Shown piece after piece: positions 57,026 to 64,000 of a stretch of 64,000 bases of DNA. This DNA is from an uncultured Acidobacteriota bacterium (GTDB lineage: Bacteria > Acidobacteriota > Vicinamibacteria > Vicinamibacterales > UBA823): assembly GCA_913052135.1 (NCBI GenBank), contig CAJXDY010000007.1:4141-68140 (forward strand). The letters are read 5' to 3'. Each line of letters begins with the position of its first letter. Position 1 is the stretch's first letter. The translations under genes and the position numbers were made by a program. The notes under the pieces are model-generated. The model saw only the letters and a list, made by a program, of their open reading frames with translations, was not told the origin of the DNA and did no database searches.

Positions 57026-57235
57026 ATGTCACTCAAAAGCGTCCACTTATTTTTTATTATTGCGTCAGCCGTTCTGAGCCTATTGATGGGGGTCTGGGCG
57101 GCGAATGCGTATCGCTCAGGATTTGAGTCTTTGAATTATCTTGTAACGGCAGCGGTTTCATTACTTGTTGCCGGGCTGCTTGCCAGGTACGCAGTGTTGT
57201 TCGCCCGCAGGGCTCGCAGAATCGGTCTTGACTAA
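57026..57235 (+). CDS. Small two-TM hypothetical protein inside the oxidase operon
   Basis: 69-aa ORF with two hydrophobic helices and a basic C-terminus (ARRARRIGLD). No obvious SD. Its position between subunit IV and subunit II supports expression. Confidence 0.4.
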   Translation: MSLKSVHLFFIIASAVLSLLMGVWAANAYRSGFESLNYLVTAAVSLLVAGLLARYAVLFARRARRIGLD

Positions 57236-57254
57236 GGAGGGACGGGAAACGGTT

Positions 57255-57530
57255 ATGTTTGGTCGATTGGGTTTTCGGACGATGTTTGCAACCGTTGCGC
57301 TGTGCGCACTCACGGCACCCACAGTTTTGGCGTGTCCGGTTTGTTTTGGAGCGGTCGAGTCGCCGATGATTGACGGAATGAATTGGGCAGTCTTCTTATT
57401 ACTGGGCGTACTTTCGACAGTGGCGACCGGCTTTGTGATGTTTTTCGTGCGCTTATCCAAGTTAGCACGGGTGAGTGCGGAGTCAGCAACCGTGGTGCGT
57501 GGACGAACGCAGCACGAAGGGAGTTACTAA
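57255..57530 (+). CDS. Small membrane protein with CPVC motif inside the oxidase operon
   Basis: The ATG at 57255 follows AAGGAGG (57234-57240, 14-nt spacer). Signal-like MFGRLGFRTMFATVALCALTAPTVLA, then C-P-V-C-F-G and a TM helix (WAVFLLLGVLSTVATGFVMFFV). Its stop abuts the subunit II ATG. Confidence 0.5.
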   Translation: MFGRLGFRTMFATVALCALTAPTVLACPVCFGAVESPMIDGMNWAVFLLLGVLSTVATGFVMFFVRLSKLARVSAESATVVRGRTQHEGSY

Positions 57531-58280
57531 ATGCGGGAATTTCTAGGGCTGCCACCTCAGGCATCGGCACACGCCCCACAAGTTGATCAAATGATTGTGT
57601 ATATCCACTGGCTTATGCTGGTCTTGTTCGTTGGGTGGGGCTTGTTTTTTCTGTACACATTGTGGCGTTTCCGTGCGTCGAAAAACCCAACAGCTGACTA
57701 CGCCGGTGTGAAGAGTCACACCGCCAGCTATTTGGAGGTCGGCGTTGCGCTCGTCGAAGCGGTGCTGCTGATTGGTTTCGCCATTCCAGCGTGGGCCACA
57801 CGCGTCAACGAGTTTCCGGCTGAAACTGACTCGACCATCGTGAACGTCGTCGCCAAACAATTCGAGTGGCACATCCATTATCCGGGTCCGGATGGTATGT
57901 TCGGTCGTAAGGATCTAAGCCTGATTACACCGACGAATGCGATCGGCTTAGATCGGTCAGATCCGTACGCAGTCGACGACATCGCGACCATCAATCAACT
58001 CAACCTCCCCGTGGGTAAGCCGACCATCGTGCACTTAACAACGCAAGATGTCATTCACAGCTTTGCTATTTCGACACTGCGTGTTAAGCAGGATGCCATT
58101 CCTGGCATGGAGATCCCAGTGTGGTTCGTACCCACAGTCGTCGGTGATTACGAAATCAATTGCTCACAGCTTTGTGGTCTTGGACATTATCGGATGCGAG
58201 GCTTCGTAAAAATCCAAACGGAAGAGGAATTTGAGGCCTTCCTCGCTGAAGAAGCGGCGTTATTACAGGGCGCCGACTAG
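57531..58280 (+). CDS. ctaC: Cytochrome c oxidase subunit II (CuA subunit, no fused cytochrome c domain)
   Basis: Two N-terminal TM helices. The CuA pattern H-x34-C-S-Q-L-C-G-L-G-H-Y-R-M was counted directly in DVIHSF...EINCSQLCGLGHYRM. Confidence 0.9.
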   Translation: MREFLGLPPQASAHAPQVDQMIVYIHWLMLVLFVGWGLFFLYTLWRFRASKNPTADYAGVKSHTASYLEVGVALVEAVLLIGFAIPAWATRVNEFPAETDSTIVNVVAKQFEWHIHYPGPDGMFGRKDLSLITPTNAIGLDRSDPYAVDDIATINQLNLPVGKPTIVHLTTQDVIHSFAISTLRVKQDAIPGMEIPVWFVPTVVGDYEINCSQLCGLGHYRMRGFVKIQTEEEFEAFLAEEAALLQGAD

Positions 58281-58315
58281 GACGATTCGCAGAAGACCCC
58301 GAGCCCCTCCATCAG

Positions 58316-60721
58316 CTACAGCTCTAGCGACCGTAGTCGTAACGCGTTCGTGATGACTGATAGAGAACTGAGTGTCATCGCTGCACTTGCCCATATCGGA
58401 TCGATGAACCATCCGGTTAGCGGATACAGCACACCGGCAGCCACTGGCACACCGATGCCGTTATAGATAAATGCGAGAAATAAGTTCTGACGAATATTGC
58501 GTAGTGTGCTGCGACTGAGTCGACGGGCGCGGGCAATACCTCGCAAATCTCCCTTGACAAGAGTGATGTCAGCGCTCTCAATGGCAATATCAGCTCCGGT
58601 TCCCATAGCAATTCCCACTGCAGCTTCTGCAAGTGCCGGTGCATCATTGATACCGTCACCAGCCATGGCAACGACCCGCCCTTCGGCTTGCAGACTTGCC
58701 ACAATCCGCTGTTTTTCTTCTGGCAAGACGCCTGCCCGAACTTCGTTGAGGCCGAGGGTGTCTCCGACTGCGTGCGCGGTTAAAGCATTGTCACCAGTCG
58801 CCATTACAATCCGTACACCCTCCGCTTGTAGCATGCGCAACGCTTCGAACGTAGATGGTTTTACGGCATCCGACACACTCAAAAAGCCGGCTAGTTGCCC
58901 GTCAACGGCAAGAAAAATAACAGTCTGTCCTTGGTGACGAAGTTCATTGGCCTGATGCGCAAAGACATCCGTGTGAACTCCATGCTCTATTAAAAACTCT
59001 TCTGTGCCTAATAATACATGTCGCTTCTCGACCGTTCCTTCGACACCTCTTCCTGGCACGGTTTGGAAATTTTCAACTTCGGGTAAGGCCATGTCCTGTT
59101 CGATCGCTCGTGTGACAACCGCTACGGCTAGTGGGTGTTGACTGGACTGCTCAAGAGCTCCTGCCAACCGTAAAAGCTTCGTTTCTGAGACGACGCCTTC
59201 AATCGTTGAAATACTCGCTACGCGTGGACGGCCTTCGGTGAGAGTCCCAGTTTTGTCGATGACGAGAACCTCCACACGGTCCAACATTTCTAGCGCTGCC
59301 GCATGTTTGACGAGTACCCCAGACTTTGCACCACGTCCAGTACCCACCATGATAGCCATCGGGGTTGCTAGTCCGAGTGCGCAGGGACAAGCGATGATAA
59401 GCACGGCTACAGCGTTGACCAGGGCGGTTACAAACCGTGGTTCTGGACCCCAGAGACTCCACACAACGAGCGTGACGATTGCCACGAGTACAACACTCGG
59501 CACAAACCATTCAGACACGCGATCGGCAACACGTTGAATAGGAGCGCGAGTTCGCTGCGCGTTGGCAACCATTTGCACGATGTGCGCCAAAAGGGTCTCT
59601 GAGCCAATACGCTCAGCCCGCATCGTGAAGCTTCCCGTCCCATTGATCGTGGCACCGATTACTTGGGTTCCGACGGTTTTTTCAACCGGGATCGCCTCAC
59701 CCGTTACCATGGATTCATCGACCGCGCTGGCGCCGTTCACCACGACACCATCGACCGGAATTTTGTCGCCAGGTCTGACCCGCAACAAATCGCCGACCTT
59801 CACGAGCGCCAACGGCACATCGGTATCGTGACCAGGCAGCACAACCCTGGCTGTTTGAGGAGACAGGCTCAGTAATGAGCGGATCGCTGCTCCGGTGCGG
59901 TGCCGGGCCCGACTTTCCAGCACTTGACCTAACAGGACCAACACCGTAATTGCTACTGCAGTTTCAAAATAGGTGGGCACGCCGTGATCAGTCTGGAATC
60001 CTTCCGGAAACCACCGTGGATTAACAGTTGCTGCGACGCTGTACACAAATGCCGAGCCGACTCCCATGGCAATCAGCGTAAACATATTGGCACTGGTATT
60101 TTTCAGCGAGGCCCAGGCTCGCTCAAAAAATGGCCAGCCAGCCCACAGTACGACTGGAGTGGTAAAGATAAACTGGAGCCAGTTGCTAAGTGGACGACTG
60201 ACTGTTTCCTGCATCCGCGCACCAAACACCATGTCACCCATTGCTAGCAAGAACACAGGGAAGCCGAAGCCCACGCCGATCCAGAATCGACGGGTCATGT
60301 CGATCAATTCCGAGTTAGGTGTTTCCTGTACGTCGATTGCATGTGGTTCCAGTGTCATACCGCATGACGGACAGGTTCCGGGCAGAGTAGTCACAACCTC
60401 AAGGTGCATCGGGCAGATGTACTCAACGGCGCGGGTCGGGAGTGGTGCCACTTCCGGTTCGAGCGCCATGCCACATCTGGGGCAAGGACCTGGTTTGTCT
60501 GCCCTGACTTCGGGATCCATTGGACAGACGTAGACAGTATCTGGCGATGTTGGGGCGGCATTCGCCGACTGCGTGGGATGCAAGTACTGTTCCGGGTCGG
60601 TCTTGAATTTTTCTAGGCAGTGGGCACAACAAAAGCCGTAGGTTTGGTCAGCATAGATAAATTGGTGGGCTGTCGCAGCGAGATCGACCGACATCCCACA
60701 AACGGGATCAAGTGTTTCCAT
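58316..60721 (-). CDS. copA: Copper-translocating P1B-type ATPase with non-classical N-terminal metal-binding modules
   Basis: [12 protein letters not shown] (CPC), [16 protein letters not shown] (HP) and [10 protein letters not shown]. The N-terminus carries a TRASH/YHS-like Cys motif plus two Y-x-C-P-M...C-P-x-C-G-M-x-L-E-P modules. Confidence 0.9.
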   Translation of the reverse strand: METLDPVCGMSVDLAATAHQFIYADQTYGFCCAHCLEKFKTDPEQYLHPTQSANAAPTSPDTVYVCPMDPEVRADKPGPCPRCGMALEPEVAPLPTRAVEYICPMHLEVVTTLPGTCPSCGMTLEPHAIDVQETPNSELIDMTRRFWIGVGFGFPVFLLAMGDMVFGARMQETVSRPLSNWLQFIFTTPVVLWAGWPFFERAWASLKNTSANMFTLIAMGVGSAFVYSVAATVNPRWFPEGFQTDHGVPTYFETAVAITVLVLLGQVLESRARHRTGAAIRSLLSLSPQTARVVLPGHDTDVPLALVKVGDLLRVRPGDKIPVDGVVVNGASAVDESMVTGEAIPVEKTVGTQVIGATINGTGSFTMRAERIGSETLLAHIVQMVANAQRTRAPIQRVADRVSEWFVPSVVLVAIVTLVVWSLWGPEPRFVTALVNAVAVLIIACPCALGLATPMAIMVGTGRGAKSGVLVKHAAALEMLDRVEVLVIDKTGTLTEGRPRVASISTIEGVVSETKLLRLAGALEQSSQHPLAVAVVTRAIEQDMALPEVENFQTVPGRGVEGTVEKRHVLLGTEEFLIEHGVHTDVFAHQANELRHQGQTVIFLAVDGQLAGFLSVSDAVKPSTFEALRMLQAEGVRIVMATGDNALTAHAVGDTLGLNEVRAGVLPEEKQRIVASLQAEGRVVAMAGDGINDAPALAEAAVGIAMGTGADIAIESADITLVKGDLRGIARARRLSRSTLRNIRQNLFLAFIYNGIGVPVAAGVLYPLTGWFIDPIWASAAMTLSSLSVITNALRLRSLEL

Positions 60722-60923
60722 TGGATAATGAGAATCCAGCCGACGACTGTAACGGTAATTCCAAATGTGCGCTTCTTTCTGTGGTTTAATCCAATTTCAA
60801 GATGCTAACACACGCACAGCAAAGACAGCCTGTTCGCCGACAATTCGACTGATGGGCGAGTCGTCGTGGCGCCTTTAATAGGGAGCTGGTTTGTGTTCGC
60901 CATTCTGAGATCACACTGAATTT

Positions 60924-62225
60924 ATGAAACAGCATCTGCGTCACCTTTTCAAAGAAACCCTCATGCGACTTTCCGTCGAGCGTGTGCTAGCTGACCAGGT
61001 TACATGCGCGGATGGCATCTTGACCGTCGGTCATGACACCCTCGATGTGAGTCGCTATCAAAAGTTGATAACAGTGGCGATCGGAAAAGCTGCGATTCCG
61101 ATGCTGGAAAAGTTTTCTGATATTGTGGCGCCACAGACCCTGACCGGTGTTGTTACCACTCTTGGGCCAGTGGGGAAGACACTACCTGGTTTTACCGTCT
61201 TCACCGGTGGACATCCCTATCCAAATCAGGAGAGCTTTGATGCCGCGGCAGCAGCTATTGATGTTGTGAGAAGTGCAACATCGGATGATCTCATCGTATT
61301 CCTACTGTCAGGTGGGGGATCTTCACTTTGCGAGATGCCAGTGTCGCAGGAGATCACTTTAGAAGATTGTCAGGTGCTGTACCGATTACTCGTCACCTGT
61401 GGTGCAAGTATCAGAAACGTGAATACCATCAGAAAACATCTGTCGGCGATAAAAGGAGGTCGGCTTGCAGAGTTGGCGTTCCCAGCGCGACAGATGACAC
61501 TTTATGTTTCTGATGTTCCACCAGATACCCCGTCGAGCGTCGCATCTGGTCCCACGATGCCTGACGATTCCACCGCTGAAAATTGCCGGCAACTTATTCA
61601 AGACCTAAACTTGCGTGATCAACTGCCACCTTCTATACGTTGTTTATTTGATGAAGATCTGCTTCCAGAAACTCCTAAACCTGGCAAGGCGACGTTTCAA
61701 GAGAGCAGCTGGCACTGCTTACTGTCGTCAGCGAACGCTGTAGAGACCATGGCGCATGCTGCAGAGAGACTCGGTTGGATTGTGGAAACGGATCATGAAC
61801 TTTCTGATGCGTGGTCTGTCGATCAGTTAATGGACCATATGATCACCAAACTCGAGCACCTTCAGCGCCAGCATGCGGATCAGACAGTGGCTGTATTAAG
61901 CGGCGGTGAATATTCTTGCCCAGTGACCGGTGATGGCATTGGTGGTCGCAATCAAGCGTTTGTGCTGGAGTGTGTGCCTCGTATTGCTGGTCGGCGCGTT
62001 GCGGTCTTGAGTGCAGGGACTGACGGCCTAGACGGTTCGTCACCGGCAGCTGGCGCAGTAGCTGACGGCGACAGCCTAAATCGAGCACGGCAAATCAGGC
62101 TTGACCCGGAAGCCTACGCAACTCGGTCAGATTCACACCGTTTTTTTGCACAACTTGACGATGCAATCATGACTGGTCCCACGGGTAACAATGTCAGAGA
62201 CTTAAGAATGTTTGTCGCTTGGTAA
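60924..62225 (+). CDS. Glycerate 2-kinase / hydroxypyruvate-reductase-like protein (DUF4147 + MOFRL)
   Basis: AIGKAAIPM, FTGGHPYPN, FLLSGGGSSL and the C-terminal SAGTDGLDGSSPAAGAV...TGPTGNNVRD MOFRL pattern. Confidence 0.75.
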   Translation: MKQHLRHLFKETLMRLSVERVLADQVTCADGILTVGHDTLDVSRYQKLITVAIGKAAIPMLEKFSDIVAPQTLTGVVTTLGPVGKTLPGFTVFTGGHPYPNQESFDAAAAAIDVVRSATSDDLIVFLLSGGGSSLCEMPVSQEITLEDCQVLYRLLVTCGASIRNVNTIRKHLSAIKGGRLAELAFPARQMTLYVSDVPPDTPSSVASGPTMPDDSTAENCRQLIQDLNLRDQLPPSIRCLFDEDLLPETPKPGKATFQESSWHCLLSSANAVETMAHAAERLGWIVETDHELSDAWSVDQLMDHMITKLEHLQRQHADQTVAVLSGGEYSCPVTGDGIGGRNQAFVLECVPRIAGRRVAVLSAGTDGLDGSSPAAGAVADGDSLNRARQIRLDPEAYATRSDSHRFFAQLDDAIMTGPTGNNVRDLRMFVAW

Positions 62226-62289
62226 TCGACCTTCAACAAGTGACCAACTAGCACTATGATGTTCATTCCACACTACTAAGGAGGCCGCG

Positions 62290-63621
62290 ATGCCGACACA
62301 TGACGACCAACTATTGACCAGTACAGTGCCAGACGACCCGAGCCGACGTCAGTTTATTGGCGCAGCAGTAACCGCCGGCTTGGCCAGTGCTTGTGTAAGC
62401 CAGGAAACTGGAAGCGAAAATGCTATCGAACCTAACCTCGAAGCCCGAACTGCAACGATTGAACTACAGGTCGAGCATGACAATATTTATACTCGCCTTT
62501 TGGGAGTGAAGGCGCACCTGCCTGGTCACGGAAATGGGACTGCCCTTGGTGGTTCGCGCATGCCGGTTGAAGTGATCGAAGCCATGCAAGAGGCGAATGA
62601 TTATTTTGTGATGATGGACGAGCTAACAGTCGCTGCTGGCCAGCGCGCCGCCGAAGTCGTTAAGGCTGAAGCAGCGCTGATTACATCGGGCGCATCTGGA
62701 GGGCTCTTGCTTGGCATGGCGGCGTGTCTTACCGGCACTGATGAAGAAAAGATGCGGGCGTTGCCAAATCCAACTTGGGCGAAGCGTGAATGTATTATTC
62801 AAAAAGCGCACCGTTATCCGTATGACTTTGCGTTACAGGCTGCCGGCGCGACCCTGATTGAAGTTGAGGGACGCACACAGCTGATGAACGCTATCGGTGA
62901 CAATACGGCTCTCATCTTCGGTTTACCTAGGCACGTTGCACTGAGTGGCACGATGGCCGAAGAAGTGTTGCAGCCTGAGGATCTGATTCAAGTCGCTAAG
63001 CAGGTCGGTGTTCCGGTCATGATTGACGGTGCATCACGGTTACCTCCAGCCGGGAATTTAACAATTTTTAATGAGCTTGGTGCCGACCTGGTGGTTGTTT
63101 CGGGTGGCAAGGGGCTGCGTGGGCCGCAGTCCACCGGCATTCTTTCGGGTCGTGCGGATCTCATCGAGGCGGCACGGCTACAAGCAGCGCCGAACGATCT
63201 CATCGGGAGAGGCATGAAAGTCGGTAAAGAGGAGATTATTGGTCTTATCGTTGCCTTGAATCGGTACGAACAACTCGACCATGATGCGGTGCGTGCGACT
63301 TGGCGAGAGAAAGCAGAGTATTTGACGGCCGAATTGCAAGGGATCGAAAGCTTCACGGCGGAGCTTGTAGATGAAGGTTCTGGAGCACCCTATGTCGAGA
63401 TCGATTGGGATGAGGACGTAATACCGATGACCCATCGCGAGGTGCGCGACCACCTGCGCCGCCGACCCGAACAGCGGGTGGCGCTTTCAAGTCTCTACGG
63501 CAGCCGGCGAATCCAAACCCGTTGCATGCGCGACGGTGAAGAGGTGCTTGTTGCGCGATGGCTCCGTCAGTTCTTTACAGAGGGGTATAAAATCGTAGCC
63601 GCGACCTCTGCCAGTCTCTAG
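62290..63621 (+). CDS. Tat-leader SelA/DgaE-fold (class V-like) PLP enzyme
   Basis: AAGGAGG SD. The DDPSRRQFIGAAVTAGLASACV leader matches the Tat consensus. VVVSGGKGLRGPQSTGIL resembles the SelA-family PLP-lysine block (xSGxKxLGGPQxG). Confidence 0.7.
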   Translation: MPTHDDQLLTSTVPDDPSRRQFIGAAVTAGLASACVSQETGSENAIEPNLEARTATIELQVEHDNIYTRLLGVKAHLPGHGNGTALGGSRMPVEVIEAMQEANDYFVMMDELTVAAGQRAAEVVKAEAALITSGASGGLLLGMAACLTGTDEEKMRALPNPTWAKRECIIQKAHRYPYDFALQAAGATLIEVEGRTQLMNAIGDNTALIFGLPRHVALSGTMAEEVLQPEDLIQVAKQVGVPVMIDGASRLPPAGNLTIFNELGADLVVVSGGKGLRGPQSTGILSGRADLIEAARLQAAPNDLIGRGMKVGKEEIIGLIVALNRYEQLDHDAVRATWREKAEYLTAELQGIESFTAELVDEGSGAPYVEIDWDEDVIPMTHREVRDHLRRRPEQRVALSSLYGSRRIQTRCMRDGEEVLVARWLRQFFTEGYKIVAATSASL

Positions 63622-63692
63622 TCGACCGGTTTCAGTATTGGGACCACCTGCTAGAGGGAGACTGGGTTGAACGCCTCGTGGTGCAGTTAACA

Positions 63693-64000
63693 ATGAGGGA
63701 GATGATGATTATGTTAGTGCGAACGCGTCTGCTTTGGTTGAGTGTGGTGCTTGGTCTCATGGTGACCACTCATCTTAGTGCTGAAAATGCGCACCAGAAT
63801 GACACGACCATCCTTGTTGCTTACTATAGTCGCACCGGTCGGACGGAGCAGGTGGCCGAGGCGGTTGCTGAAGGAGCACGTGGCGTGGAGGGCACCCGTG
63901 TCCTTCTAAAAGCTTTAACCGACGTGACGGCAGAAGACTTGAGTGAAGCAACTGGCATCGTCCTCGGGTCTCCCACCTATTCCTCGAACATGGCGGGTCC
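63693..64000 (+). CDS. Flavodoxin-like/WrbA-like protein with signal peptide (partial, runs off window end)
   Basis: MLVRTRLLWLSVVLGLMVTTHLSA|ENA is followed by ILVAYYSRTGRTEQVAEAVAEG...IVLGSPTY, a flavodoxin-fold FMN-binding pattern. The start is one of the in-frame ATGs between 63693 and 63711. Confidence 0.6.
   Translation, partial: MREMMIMLVRTRLLWLSVVLGLMVTTHLSAENAHQNDTTILVAYYSRTGRTEQVAEAVAEGARGVEGTRVLLKALTDVTAEDLSEATGIVLGSPTYSSNMAG

Noticed and set aside
1-64000. Search for CRISPR arrays, tandem repeats, IS elements/transposases, integrases, prophage genes, tRNA and rRNA
   Set aside because: By eye I saw no regularly spaced direct repeats, no transposase/integrase/recombinase-like ORFs and no tRNA-like cloverleaf regions in the intergenic gaps. 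A proper tRNAscan-SE, Infernal and repeat-finder run would be needed to exclude small elements.

Overview
This is a 64-kb, densely coding chromosomal segment, roughly 50-55% GC by eye, from a diderm heterotroph. The gene content includes CarboxypepD_reg/Oar-type TonB-dependent receptors, a CRTAC1/ASPIC-UnbV protein, a CBM9-DUF5916 protein, many exported peptidases and several twin-arginine leaders. That mix is reminiscent of Acidobacteriota/Gemmatimonadota-like genomes, but taxonomy cannot be settled from the sequence alone. I support about 50 protein-coding genes. I saw no rRNA, tRNA, CRISPR array, transposase, integrase or phage genes. Housekeeping anchors are htpG, thrB, a sufB-C-D-S-U-T operon, an A1-type (aa3) cytochrome c oxidase cluster and a CopA-type P1B ATPase. 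The rest is accessory metabolism:
- exported sulfatase, D-aminoacylase, M42, M14 and S9 peptidases;
- two APC permeases, one DASS transporter and one sodium:solute (SSS) symporter;
- three amidohydrolase_2 enzymes, one of them LigJ-like;
- three tandem RraA/CHA-aldolase-fold genes.
The points I consider most worth follow-up are:
1. Cofactor enzymes that carry export signals: two tandem HisC-like PLP aminotransferases with SRRAFV leaders, a Tat-leader SelA-fold PLP enzyme, a Tat-leader DAO-family flavoenzyme translationally coupled to a small cytochrome c, and a signal-peptide flavodoxin-like protein. Together with the exported peptidases these suggest extracytoplasmic amino-acid chemistry wired to respiration.
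2. The translationally coupled RraA-fold triplet, a possible heterotrimer, next to a LigJ-like hydratase plus DASS transporter and with no ring-cleavage genes.
3. An exported M42 peptidase paired with a paralogue that has lost its metal ligands.
4. An oxidase operon with subunit II encoded last, after two small membrane ORFs, one of which carries a CPVC motif.
5. A 570-bp very AT-rich regulatory region, and a 39-nt promoter-like motif shared by two neighbouring genes.
All functional calls rest on motif recognition by eye. No database search was run.
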